From: an uncultured cyanobacterium
GTDB lineage: Bacteria; Cyanobacteriota; Cyanobacteriia; Cyanobacteriales; CAWUOF01
Direction of reading: 5' to 3'
NCBI GenBank assembly: GCA_963744145.1
Contig: CAVUSO010000001.1
Span: 1,806,831-1,870,830 of the forward strand
Length of the DNA: 64,000 bases
Position 1 is the first letter of the stretch. Every line of letters starts with the position of its first letter. Positions 1 to 9,740 of the stretch are shown here, one piece after another. Both the position numbers and the translations under genes were made by a program. Below the pieces are notes generated by a model. That model was not told where the DNA came from. It made no database searches and saw only the letters and a list, made by a program, of their open reading frames with translations.

Positions 1-382
1 CTGATGATTCTAATCGCTCTAGACTGCCAAAACTGTTACGAATTATTCTCTGGCTTTCATAGACTAAGCTATCAAACCGAGAAGTTACATCATCCATCCG
101 CTCAGTTAAACTATCCATTCGCTTAGTTAGTTTGCCGATCGCTATAGTATTATGCTGTTGTTGTTCAGATACTTGATCCAGTCGATCGGATACTTGATTC
201 AGTCGATCGGATACTTGATCAAGTCGATCGGATACTTGATCAAGTTTCCTTGTTGTAATCTGTTGTTGTTCAGATACCTGATTCAGTCGATCAGATACTT
301 GATTAAGTGTGGCTGTGGTAATTTGTTGTTGTTGGGCAAGACTACCTAATATCTCCTCGATTCTGTCTAGTCTTTCACTCAT
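1..382 (-). CDS. Partial CDS (3' end lies upstream of the window), hypothetical coiled-coil protein with heptad repeats VSDRL(D/N)Q encoded by a 21-bp tandem DNA repeat
   Basis: Reverse-complement translation from ATG (complement of cat at 380-382) gives MSERLDRIEEILGSLAQQQQITTATLNQVSDRLNQVSEQQQITTRKLDQVSDRLDQVSDRLNQVSDRLDQVSEQQQHNTIAIGKLTKRMDSLTERMDDVTSRFDSLVYESQRII... open to the window edge. It is absent from the ORF track because it runs off the edge. Confidence 0.45.
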   Translation of the reverse strand, partial: MSERLDRIEEILGSLAQQQQITTATLNQVSDRLNQVSEQQQITTRKLDQVSDRLDQVSDRLNQVSDRLDQVSEQQQHNTIAIGKLTKRMDSLTERMDDVTSRFDSLVYESQRIIRNSFGSLERLESS

Positions 383-1027
383 GGACTTAGTACCTCTTTT
401 TGATGTTTTTCTAGCAGTTTGCTCTATTATAAAACTTAGTTATTCAAAGATCAATACTCCTTTCAACTAAATTTATTACTTTCTGATGCGATCGCCTGAA
501 CTAAATTATATTTTCCTCGCTCAAATTGGTTCTAATAACTATCTTATAATCACTGTTAAATTCAATTGGTTTGTGATTGATCTGTTGGTGAGGGTGGGTT
601 TTTATTATTGGCTGGTTTATGTCAATAATCCGGGTGAACCCGTCCCTACGGCGATCGCACGTTGTCAATGAATCGCACGTTGTCAATCAAATTGATCTTC
701 TATTGTTAATTTTGTCGGGGTGGGTTTACTAATCAACTTTGTTACTCACAAATCACCTATCTAAACCTACCCCCACCTAGCCGATCAGCTATCTATGATA
801 TAATTATGTGATTGTTGAGATATTTGCTTAATGGGATTTATGAAGATTTGCAGCGAACTATTGACATTTTCTCAAACTTAAGCAATAATCATATTATCGT
901 AGCCAAGCTAGCACCACACCATCACAATTAAATAACCAGGTTACCTTTTTCCCAAAAAAATTTTCTCCCTTCGCTCGGGGGCTAAATCAAGAAAGGGTAA
1001 AGGGCAAGAGGGCAAAAGAGCCAAGGG

Positions 1028-2908
1028 CTAAGAATTCCACCCAACCGAGCAGACAACCCGAAAGCCGATGCTGCGGTAGCGGTCGCCCGGGCCATAATAG
1101 TTGCGACAGGCAGAACGACAATTCCGCGGATTATCGTTCCACGAACCACCACGCACCACACGATGTTGAGAATTATTTCTATTAGTATTCCAAGCACTTC
1201 CATCTGTGGGCGCACCTTGGTAATTTTCATGCCAAAAATCTGCACACCATTCCCATACATTTCCGTGCAGATCGTATAAGCCAAAACCATTGGGCGGAAA
1301 ATTTCCTACCTCTGTTGTTTGTCCGAGATACTCTCCTTTTACTTCATTAGCGTAAGTATAACTAGCGTTATAATTAGCTAACTTACTGGTAATCGTTTCT
1401 CCAAAGTGAAACGGTGTTGTTGTTCCTGCTCGACAAGCATATTCCCATTCCGCTTCCGTCGGTAACCGATAGTTTTTACCTGTCTGTTTAGATAGTCTCG
1501 CACAAAATTCTCCAGATTCATCCCAATTTACTTGTTCTACAGGTAGATTTTCACCTTTAAAATAAGAGGGGTATGGATTTAAATCTATATTTATTTTAGG
1601 TAATTTGGCAACTGCACGCCATTGGGCTTGTGTTACTGCACATTTTCCTAAATAAAATGATTCTACTGTTACATCATGTTGGGCTTCTTCATTATCATAT
1701 CTATCCTTTTCATCCCTTGGTGAACCCATCTTAAACTTATCGCTCGGAATTTTTACCATCTCTAAAGTCGTACCGCTTCCCAGATTTTCTCTAAAAAATT
1801 CCGCTTGTTCCTGACGACTATTAATTTTCTGACCCCGTGCATCTACGGTTATTACTTCAAAAGGAAAGGTAGATATTGGTTTAGGAGGAATTGGACCTTT
1901 CGGACGCTCATTTTCGCCGATTATTGACTTAATTATCAAAGAACCAACTATTCCGACTCCGATCCACTTAACAAAATTTCTTCGCGTTGGTGAAGGTGCA
2001 ATAACTACCTGCGTTTGCGGAGAACCTGTTGGTGGTTGGGGTGGTGGTGGTGGTGCGGATGGTGCTGCGGATGGTGGTGGTGCGGATGGTTGTCCAGTTA
2101 ATGCTTGTAATGTTTCCTCTGCTGTTTGATAGCGATCGCAAAGATTATAACGAGTCATTTTCGTTAAGATCATTTTTAAGAAATCACTTACAGGGACTAA
2201 ATGTTGCCAGAGAATTTCCCTCGTGTTTGGATCTTTAGATAAATTACCAGGATATATTCCAGTTAAAGCTTGGATTGCTACCATTCCTAACGCATAAAGA
2301 TCGCTATTAGTATGAGGTTGACCTCCTGCTTGTTCTATGGGCATATAACCAGGAGTACCGATCGCAATAGTCAAATTAGTCCCTCCTTGGGTGGTGGAAC
2401 TAGCTTGCTGCCATTTTTGCTTAATTGCGCCAAAATCAATTAACACTAACTGCTCATCGGAATGGCGACGCATGAGATTATCAGGTTTGATGTCACGATG
2501 GATCACCTTGTGCTGATGCACAAAAACTAAAATTTTCAATACCTCAATTAACATTTCTCTGATCTTGGCTTCTGTCCATCGTTGACCTGATGACAGTTCG
2601 CGACTGAGAGGATGTCCGTTAATCAATTCTTGTACTAAGTAAAATTCTTGATTTTCTTCAAGAAAAGCTAAAAGTCTAGGAATATTGGGGTGTTCGCCAA
2701 GTTCGTGTAATATTTTCGCTTCTTGGTTGAATAAACGTCTAGCTATTTTTAAATTTTGAGGATCTGTACTAATCGGGTTGAGATGCTTGAGCACACATTG
2801 AGGATGACCGGGAAGTTGGGTGTCTTCCGCAATGTAGGTTTCCCCAAAACCACCTCTAGCCAAAAATTTGATAATTTTGTAACGATTTGCTATTATTTGT
2901 CCAATCAT
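1028..2908 (-). CDS. Ser/Thr protein kinase fused to a C-terminal FGE-sulfatase (formylglycine-generating-enzyme-like, DUF323) domain; Pro-rich linker
   Basis: Kinase motifs HRDIKPDNLMRR, DFGAIKQ, GTPGYMPIEQ. C-terminal motifs RLPTEAEWEYACRAG, GLYDLHGNVWEWCAD, RVVRGGSWNDNPRNCRSACR are typical of FGE/SUMF1-like domains. Linker PPPSAAPSAPPPPPQPPTG. Confidence 0.85.
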   Translation of the reverse strand: MIGQIIANRYKIIKFLARGGFGETYIAEDTQLPGHPQCVLKHLNPISTDPQNLKIARRLFNQEAKILHELGEHPNIPRLLAFLEENQEFYLVQELINGHPLSRELSSGQRWTEAKIREMLIEVLKILVFVHQHKVIHRDIKPDNLMRRHSDEQLVLIDFGAIKQKWQQASSTTQGGTNLTIAIGTPGYMPIEQAGGQPHTNSDLYALGMVAIQALTGIYPGNLSKDPNTREILWQHLVPVSDFLKMILTKMTRYNLCDRYQTAEETLQALTGQPSAPPPSAAPSAPPPPPQPPTGSPQTQVVIAPSPTRRNFVKWIGVGIVGSLIIKSIIGENERPKGPIPPKPISTFPFEVITVDARGQKINSRQEQAEFFRENLGSGTTLEMVKIPSDKFKMGSPRDEKDRYDNEEAQHDVTVESFYLGKCAVTQAQWRAVAKLPKINIDLNPYPSYFKGENLPVEQVNWDESGEFCARLSKQTGKNYRLPTEAEWEYACRAGTTTPFHFGETITSKLANYNASYTYANEVKGEYLGQTTEVGNFPPNGFGLYDLHGNVWEWCADFWHENYQGAPTDGSAWNTNRNNSQHRVVRGGSWNDNPRNCRSACRNYYGPGDRYRSIGFRVVCSVGWNS

Positions 2909-5201
2909 ATTTTAATTTAGTAGGGGCGTTCGCGTAGCGTGCCGGAGGCATAGCATTCGGGCGAAAATTTATCACTGACAACCGATAATATTATATCCGA
3001 ATGCTTCGCCCAGTCCTGCCCGAGATCCCCAAAAACCTTCTTAACTGAACCAGATTGAATCATCTAGTCGATCAATGTGTTGCATAAATGGCCGAGGGCA
3101 AAGCATTCCGGTTTTGGTTCTCTCCGTTGCAGCGATCGCTTTCCGCCGGAATGCTTTGCCCCTACAAATCCGCATATAATTATGTTTATAATCGATCGAT
3201 TTGATTCATAAATGGCTAATCAGATTTTAATTTGGTTCACCGTAGGGGCGAAGCATTCGGGCGAAAATTTATCACTGATAACCGATAATATTATATCCGA
3301 ATGCTTCGCCCAGTCCTGCCCGAGATCCCCAAAAACCTTCTTAACTGAACCAGATTGAATCATCTAGTCCTACGAATCCGGATCTAATTATGTTTATAGT
3401 TGATCGATTTGCTGCATAAATGGCCGAGGGCAAAGCATTCCGGTCTTGGTTCTCTCCGTTGTATCGATCGCTTTCCGCCGGAATGCTTTGCCCCTACAAA
3501 TCCGCATATAATTATGTTTATAATCGATCGATTTGATTCATAAATGGCTAATCAGATTTTAATTTGGTTCACCGTAGGGGCGAAGCATTCGGGCGAAAAT
3601 TTATCACTGACAACCGATCATATTATATCCGAATGCTTCGCCCAGCTCTGCCCGAGATCCCCAAAAACCTTCTTAACTGAACCAGATTGAATCATCTAGT
3701 CGATCGATGTGCTGCATAAATGCCCGAGGGCAAAGCATTCCGGTTTTGGTTCTCTCCGTTGCAGCGATCGCTTTCCGCCGGAATGCTTTGCCCCTACAAA
3801 TCCGCATATAATTATGTTTATAATCGATCGATTTGATTCATAAATGGCTAATCAGATTTTAATTTGGTTCACCGTAGGGGCGAAGCATTCGGGCGAAAAT
3901 TTATCACTGACAACCGATAATATTATATCCGAATGCTTCGCCCAGTCCTGCCCGAGATCCCCAAAAACCTTCTTAACTGAACCAGATTGAATCATCTAGT
4001 CCTACGAATCCGGATCTAATTATGTTTATAGTCGATCGATTTGCTGCATAAATGGCCGAGGGCAAAGCATTCCGGTCTTGGTTCTCTCCGTTGTATCGAT
4101 CGCTTTCCGCCGGAATGCTTTGCCCCTACAAATCCGCATATAATTATGTTTATAATCGATCGATTTGATTCATAAATGGCTAATCAGATTTTAATTTGGT
4201 TCACCGTAGGGGCGAAGCATTCGGGCGAAAATTTATCACTGATAACCGATCATATTATATCCGAATGCTTCGCCCAGCTCTGCCCGAGATCCCCAAAAAC
4301 CTTCTTAACTGAACCAGATTGAATCATCTAGTCGATCGATTTGCTGCATAAATGGCCGAGGGCAAAGCATTCCGGTCTTGGTTCTCTCCGTTGTATCGAT
4401 CGCTTTCCGCCGGAATGCTTTGCCCCTACGAATCCGGATCTAATTATATGTTTATAGTCGATCGATTTGATTCATAAATGGCTAATCAGATTTTAATGTG
4501 GTTCACCGTAGGGGCGAAGCATTCGGGCGAAAATTTATCACTGATAACCGATAATATTATATCCGAATGCTTCGCCCAGTCCTGCCCGAGATCCCCAAAA
4601 ACCTTCTTAACTGAACCAGATTGAATCATCTAGTCCTACGAATCCGGATCTAATTATGTTTATGGTCGATCAATTTGCTGCATAAATGGCCGAGGGCAAA
4701 GCATTCCGGTCTTGGTTCTCTCCGTTGTATCGATCGCTTTCCGCCGGAATGCTTTGCCCCTACGAATCCGGATCTAATTATGTTTATAGTCGATCGATTT
4801 GTTGCATAAATGGCTAATCAGATTTTAATGTGGTTCACAGTAGGGGCGAAGCATTCGGGCGAAAATTTATCACTGACAACCGATCATATTATATCCGAAT
4901 GCTTCGCCCAGCTCTGCCCGAGATCCCCAAAAACCTTCTTAACTGAACCAGATTGAATCATCTAGTCGATCGATTTGCTGTATAAATGGCCGAGGGCAAA
5001 GCATTCCGGTCTTGGTTCTCTTCGTTGTATCGATCGCTGATCTGCCGGAATGCTTTGCCCCTACGAATCCGGATCTAATTATGTTTATACTCGATCGATT
5101 TGCTGCATAAATGGCCGAGGGCAAAGCATTCCGGTCTTGGTTCTCTTCGTTGTATCGATCGCTGATCTGCCGGAATGCTTTGCCCCTACGAATCCGGATA
5201 A
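2909..5201. repeat. Non-coding higher-order tandem array of paired hairpin modules, fills the whole 2.3-kb intergenic region. About 7 copies of an ~630-bp unit made of ~340- and ~290-bp sub-repeats; each module has a 15-16-bp perfect inverted repeat
   Basis: Unit A occurs at ~2921, 3241, 3581, 3871, 4201, 4501, 4841 (gtaggggcgaagcattcgggcgaaaatttatcactga(c/t)aaccgat(a/c)atattatatccgaatgcttcgcccag). Unit B occurs at ~3091, 3431, 3721, 4051, 4351, 4681, 4991, 5111 (gccgagggcaaagcattccgg...cgatcgctttccgccggaatgctttgcccctac). There is no ORF other than one spurious 61-aa frame. Confidence 0.9.
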
Positions 5202-5924
5202 TTAATTAATTAATTTATTGGTAATTATCCGAGTTATTCCTAGTTGTGTTAGTCTTTCTAAATCTTGGATATTATCTACAGTCCAAACAACTATATCTAC
5301 ACCCTGTTTTCGGGTCAGTTCAATTAGGTTGGGATCTTCTAAAATGACTTGATAGTCACTGACCATAATCGTGTTTTCCCTTGTTGCTGCTTTGGCTAAA
5401 CGACTCAAATATTCGGTCTTAGTATCAACTGCATATCCAATTCTGATGTTACTATTGGCTGCACTGATGCGATCGATAAATAATTCGTCAAAGGAACAAA
5501 CTATACTTTTATTTTGCCAACCTGTATCAATTAATATTTGAATAAAGTTATCCACATCAGGATCAGACCAATGCTCAGGATATTTGACCTCTGCATAGAT
5601 AAACTGTTTAAGTTTCTGGTTAAGATAGGAGAGGGTTTCTGTTAAGGTGGGTATGGTTTCTTGGGCAAATTTTTGATCAAACCAAAGTCCCGCATCGAGT
5701 TGTTTTAATTGGGCTAAATTTAGTTCTTTTACTTTACCTGTTATCCCAGTAGTTCTCTGCAATGTCGTATCATGGATGATCACTGGTATTCCATCAGCGG
5801 AAAGTTGCACATCAAATTCGATCGAATCGGCTTGATGCTCAATTGCTGCGGTAAAAGCTGCTATAGTATTTTCTGGTGCTATGCTGGAAAATCCGCGATG
5901 AGCAATTATTTCTAATTTATTCAT
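5202..5924 (-). CDS. ugpQ: Glycerophosphodiester phosphodiesterase (GDPD family)
   Basis: IIAHRGFSSIAPENTIAAF...EFDVQLSADGIPVIIHDTTLQRTTG matches the GDPD catalytic signature. 240 aa. Confidence 0.8.
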   Translation of the reverse strand: MNKLEIIAHRGFSSIAPENTIAAFTAAIEHQADSIEFDVQLSADGIPVIIHDTTLQRTTGITGKVKELNLAQLKQLDAGLWFDQKFAQETIPTLTETLSYLNQKLKQFIYAEVKYPEHWSDPDVDNFIQILIDTGWQNKSIVCSFDELFIDRISAANSNIRIGYAVDTKTEYLSRLAKAATRENTIMVSDYQVILEDPNLIELTRKQGVDIVVWTVDNIQDLERLTQLGITRIITNKLIN

Positions 5925-5956
5925 TGTCTGTCTTGTTTGATTAATTGAAATGAACT

Positions 5957-7384
5957 ATGAGTAATACTACCTCTGGAGATGACATCCGTTCTGCTTTCCA
6001 ACGAATTTGGGGATATCAGGATTTTCGTCCACCCCAGCAGGAAATTATTCAATGTTTGCTATCCCAGCAGGATGCTTTAATTATTATGCCAACTGGTGGT
6101 GGTAAGTCAATCTGTTTTCAGTTACCTGCTTTGTTACAAACTGGGTTAACTTTGGTGGTTTCTCCCTTAGTTGCTTTGATGGAAAATCAGGTGCTAGAAT
6201 TGCGTCAGCTCCAGTTACCTGTGGGAATGTTGCATAGTGAATTATCCAGTATTCAGAAAAGACAAACTTACCAAGCTTTGCAACAAAATAGGTTAAGATT
6301 ACTTTATTTATCACCAGAAACTTTGTTGAGTAAATCGGTATGGGAACGGTTGTGTGATCCGGAAGTAAAGATTAATGGTTTAATTTTAGATGAAGCACAT
6401 TGTTTAGTTCAATGGGGAGATGTATTTCGTCCTGCTTATCGTCGTTTAGGGGAAGTCCGATCGCATTTACTCAAATCAAAGTCAGGAGCAAATAAAATCC
6501 CGATCGCTGCTTTTACCGCAACTGCTGATCCGCGATCGCAACAGTTAATCCAAACAGTATTAAAATTACAAACCCCAGCAGTTTTTCAGCTTAGTCCTTA
6601 TCGAGCTAATTTACATTTAAAAGTTGAATATGTCTGTACTCCGCGATCGCGAAGACAAAAGTTGTTAAAATTTATTCAAAGTCACCCGAACCAATGTGGA
6701 TTAATTTATGTCCGTACTCGTCAAGATAGTGAGTTTTTAGCAGAGTGGTTAGCAGAGAAAGGATATCATACAGCAGCTTATCATGCTGGATTAGGTGCTA
6801 ATTTACGTCGATCGATAGAAAAAGCTTGGTTGAGTGGAGAATTAAAATTTGTGATTTCCACCAGTGCGTTTGGAATGGGGGTAAATAAGTCTGATGTGCG
6901 TTGGGTTGCTCATTTTCATCCACCTTTAATTCTATCGGAATATATTCAAGAAATTGGTCGTGGGGGAAGAGATGGAGAAAAAGCAGAAGCTTTAACTTTA
7001 ATTTGTGAACCAACCGGATGGTTATATCCTGAAGATCAACAAAGACAAAAGTTTTTTGAGGAAAGATTAGATGAACAATATCGTTCAGCATTACAACTAG
7101 CAAAACAATTACCACATCAAGGTCAAATCAATGAAATAATCAAAGAATTTCCTGATGCTGCGATCGCGTTATCCTTACTACATAGTACCAATCAACTGAT
7201 CTGGAAAAGTCCGTTTGAGTATGAAATCAAATCTTTAAAAAATGTTCAATCTTCAACTCAACTGGAAGCAATTAAAATGATGAATCAGTATCTATATACT
7301 AGAGAATGTCGATGGAGATTTTTATTAAGAGTATTTGGTTTTGCCAAACCGATGTTACGGTGTGGTTGTTGTGATAATTGTTAG
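5957..7384 (+). CDS. recQ: RecQ-family ATP-dependent DNA helicase
   Basis: GYQDFRPPQQEIIQCLLSQQDALIIMPTGGGKSICFQLPAL (motif I), DEAHCLVQWGDVFRPAYRRLG (DEAH box), helicase C motifs. Confidence 0.85.
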   Translation: MSNTTSGDDIRSAFQRIWGYQDFRPPQQEIIQCLLSQQDALIIMPTGGGKSICFQLPALLQTGLTLVVSPLVALMENQVLELRQLQLPVGMLHSELSSIQKRQTYQALQQNRLRLLYLSPETLLSKSVWERLCDPEVKINGLILDEAHCLVQWGDVFRPAYRRLGEVRSHLLKSKSGANKIPIAAFTATADPRSQQLIQTVLKLQTPAVFQLSPYRANLHLKVEYVCTPRSRRQKLLKFIQSHPNQCGLIYVRTRQDSEFLAEWLAEKGYHTAAYHAGLGANLRRSIEKAWLSGELKFVISTSAFGMGVNKSDVRWVAHFHPPLILSEYIQEIGRGGRDGEKAEALTLICEPTGWLYPEDQQRQKFFEERLDEQYRSALQLAKQLPHQGQINEIIKEFPDAAIALSLLHSTNQLIWKSPFEYEIKSLKNVQSSTQLEAIKMMNQYLYTRECRWRFLLRVFGFAKPMLRCGCCDNC

Positions 7385-7400
7385 TAACGCCAATTTTATT

Positions 7401-7516
7401 CTTGCTCCCCTTTCCTCTTAGGAGAGGGGTTGGGGGAGAGGTCAATCTGCACTAGTAATAATAGACAACACTTGCTCCCCTTTCCTCTTAGGAGAGGGGT
7501 TGAGGGAGAGGTCAAT
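7401..7516. repeat. Two tandem copies of a ~46-bp palindromic dispersed element (cttgctcccctttcctcttaggagaggggttgggggagaggtcaat) between the convergent recQ and trpA genes; probable bidirectional terminator
   Basis: Copies at 7401-7446 and 7471-7516. The same element occurs at 59979-60024 and degenerate at 56553-56598. It contains the inverted repeat ctcccctttcctc / gagaggggttggggga. Confidence 0.7.
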
Positions 7517-8311
7517 TTAAACTATAGCAGCTTTAAGACTTCGACAAAAGTCGCCAATTTCTTTTAGTCCTTGTGCGGGAGAATGATCAGCTAAACGTTT
7601 AACTAAAGCACTACCAACGATCGCCGCATCAGCACCCCATTGTTTAACTTGGAGAGCTTGCGCTGGTGCAGAAATCCCAAAACCAACACCGATCGGTTTA
7701 TCAGTTACTTCTCGTAATTGTTTAATTAATCCCGGTACTCTTGCTTCCATTTGGGTTCTCATCCCCGTTACTCCAGTCACGCTGACTAAATAAATAAATC
7801 CTTGAGATTTAGCCGCGATCGCTTTAATTCGTTCTGGAGAACTGGTGGGAGCAACTAATAAAATTACTTCGATCCCCTGTGCTGCTGCTGGTTCTAATAA
7901 TGTTTCTGCTTCTTCTAAGGGTAAATCTGGCACCACTAAACCTTTGACACCAGAATTCTCGATTTGCTTTAAAAAATTAGTGATGCCACGATTGAGGATC
8001 GGATTATAGTAGCTAAAGAGAATAATTGGCGATCGCACAATTTTAGTGGTATGACTAACTATTTCTAGGACTTGTTCTAATTTTGTGCCCCGTTGGAGGG
8101 AACGGGTCGCAGCAGCTTGAATTACTGGACCATCAGCGAGGGGGTCAGAATAAGGGACACCTAGCTCAATTAAGTCTGCACCATGATCATCTAAAATTTT
8201 TATCGCCTGAGCTGTGGTCTCTAAATCCGGATCACCAGCAGTGATAAAGGGAATTAGGGCACATTCATGAGCGTCGCGTAAAGATTTAAAGCAATGGGAA
8301 ACCGAAACCAT
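7517..8311 (-). CDS. trpA: Tryptophan synthase alpha subunit
   Basis: [55 protein letters not shown] is the canonical TrpA N-terminal signature. 264 aa. Confidence 0.9.
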   Translation of the reverse strand: MVSVSHCFKSLRDAHECALIPFITAGDPDLETTAQAIKILDDHGADLIELGVPYSDPLADGPVIQAAATRSLQRGTKLEQVLEIVSHTTKIVRSPIILFSYYNPILNRGITNFLKQIENSGVKGLVVPDLPLEEAETLLEPAAAQGIEVILLVAPTSSPERIKAIAAKSQGFIYLVSVTGVTGMRTQMEARVPGLIKQLREVTDKPIGVGFGISAPAQALQVKQWGADAAIVGSALVKRLADHSPAQGLKEIGDFCRSLKAAIV

Positions 8312-8332
8312 AGTTTATTGTTTTTGAGCCAA

Positions 8333-8638
8333 TTAAGAGTCTTTTTGCTGCTCTATTTCTGCTTGAACTTGAGCTAGTTCTTCTGGGGTCATTTCTGCAA
8401 ACCTTTTGCTGATGACTGTCTCTTCGTAATCTTTTAACTGTTGGTTGTAAGTCATTTTCTGGGTAAATGCTCGGATCACATAAGTAAGCAGCCAGCCAAT
8501 TAAACCACCGACCAGCAATACTTGACTCCAAATCCCAGCAGTAAGGTGATCTAGTCCTGCTCCTTGCAAAATCACATTAGCTAGACCACCAGCTAAAAAT
8601 ATACCGAAACCAATTCCCAAAGCGTCAATTCGTCGCAT
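8333..8638 (-). CDS. DUF3007-family small membrane protein (conserved cyanobacterial neighbour of trpA)
   Basis: 101 aa with two TM helices and a C-terminal acidic coiled-coil tail. Recognised by family resemblance and synteny only. Confidence 0.55.
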   Translation of the reverse strand: MRRIDALGIGFGIFLAGGLANVILQGAGLDHLTAGIWSQVLLVGGLIGWLLTYVIRAFTQKMTYNQQLKDYEETVISKRFAEMTPEELAQVQAEIEQQKDS

Positions 8639-8664
8639 AGCGGGACTTTCCTTGAGAATTAAGT

Positions 8665-8877
8665 TTAGCTAGGAATTTGACGACGTTGGGGCCGAAAATT
8701 TAAGAAGGGGGCTAAAAGTAATAACCCTGGAAAAAAGAAGGAAAGTAAGAAATACATAAAAGCCCGCTCGAAGGAACTAGCGACATACCAACGCTTTTGC
8801 AGGTACATATAAACTAGGAATGGGACGACGATGAGGTAGGCTCCAGCCAAAATTAGATATAGCAAGGGAATGATCAT
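8665..8877 (-). CDS. ndhL: NAD(P)H-quinone oxidoreductase (NDH-1) subunit L
   Basis: [67 protein letters not shown] closely matches cyanobacterial NdhL (…[13 protein letters not shown]…KQRWYVASS…FFFPGLL…NFRPQRRQ). Confidence 0.8.
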   Translation of the reverse strand: MIIPLLYLILAGAYLIVVPFLVYMYLQKRWYVASSFERAFMYFLLSFFFPGLLLLAPFLNFRPQRRQIPS

Positions 8878-9140
8878 AGTATGGATATTTTGGGACGCAG
8901 GTATGTGATGAAGATGATCGGAACTATTCAGGATGAAGTCAGTCTACACTGCCTGATTAGTATGCTCGCGCTTGATCATACCGCGTTTTTAGATTTTTCT
9001 ACCAATGGGATCTGGTGGGTTAAATATCTGGCCCAAAAAAAATCTGAAAAAAAAATGTGATTTTAGTTGCATAAATCATGTAAATCGTGATAAATACTCT
9101 AAGAGTGATGTTTTTTCGGGATCGAGAAAGCAACCACGAT

Positions 9141-9482
9141 GGGGGCGTGGCGGAATGGTAGACGCTACGGACTTAAAAAAATGAGCACTGGTAAAGAAAT
9201 TTATCAAGTGAATGCTCTCAAATTCAGGGAAACCTAAAGCTGAAAACAGATAAGGCAATCCTGAGCCAAGCCGAATCGATTTGTGATTCAATAAAAGGTA
9301 AAATGAATCATAGATCCACAATTCGGAAGGTGCAGAGACTCGACGGGAGCTACCCTAACGTAAAGTCGAGGGTAAAGGGAGAGTCCAATTCTCAACACCA
9401 TGAGGTAGTAGCGAAAGCTACAGGAGAATGAAAATCCGTTGACTGTAAAAAGGTCGTGAGGGTTCAAGTCCCTCTGCCCCCA
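9141..9482 (+). tRNA. trnL-UAA: tRNA-Leu(UAA) interrupted by a 256-nt group I intron (5' exon 9141-9174, intron 9175-9430, 3' exon 9431-9482)
   Basis: 5' exon gggggcgtggcggaatggtagacgctacggactt ends at U34 of the cuUAAaa anticodon loop. The 3' exon aaaatccgttgactgtaaaaaggtcgtgagggttcaagtccctctgcccccA restores the anticodon stem, long variable arm, T-arm and acceptor stem. The intron carries conserved group I core segments (ggaaggtgcagagactcgacgggagctaccctaacg; gagagtccaattctcaa; gtagcgaaagct; ...gagaatg|aaaatccgt). Confidence 0.85.
9175..9430 (+). ncRNA. Group I self-splicing intron within the tRNA-Leu(UAA) anticodon loop
   Basis: Inserted between U34 and A35. Its sequence is highly similar to the well-known cyanobacterial/plastid trnL intron core (P3, P7 elements). 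Confidence 0.8.
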
Positions 9483-9740
9483 CTACTAACCAGTTGTTAT
9501 TGATGACATAAAAAAAATCGGGAACCCTGTTGATTAAAAAAAATAATTAGCATGGTAATTCCGTTTTTTCAACCCGAGGAAATGTATCAAATTTTAAGTA
9601 TTGTCCGACGGTCGAAGTGACAAAAATCACCTCTCTAGGGATAGATCGTCATATTGTTCTTCTGTTAGCGATCGCTGACTAGAACCATAAAATCGGACAT
9701 ACTCATCAGAATTACTGAGTTCAGAGTCAAGATAATTCAG

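Noticed and set aside
486-686. Overlapping 61-aa ORFs on both strands plus the duplicated 18-mer gaatcgcacgttgtcaat
   Set aside because: Intergenic AT-rich region; the ORFs are mutually exclusive and featureless. The 18-bp direct duplication is noted but too small to interpret.
2909-5201. Possible CRISPR array
   Set aside because: The repeat units are hundreds of bp long, and the intervening 'spacers' are themselves repeated at high identity. The inverted-repeat stems are 15-16 bp with 40-nt loops, and no cas genes are nearby. It is a higher-order tandem or MITE-like array, not CRISPR.
6084-7115. Minus-strand ORFs 6084..6314 and 6798..7115
   Set aside because: Embedded in recQ, whose frame carries all helicase motifs.
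9076-9321. 81-aa minus-strand ORF
   Set aside because: Overlaps the tRNA-Leu(UAA) 5' exon and group I intron. The RNA gene explains the region.
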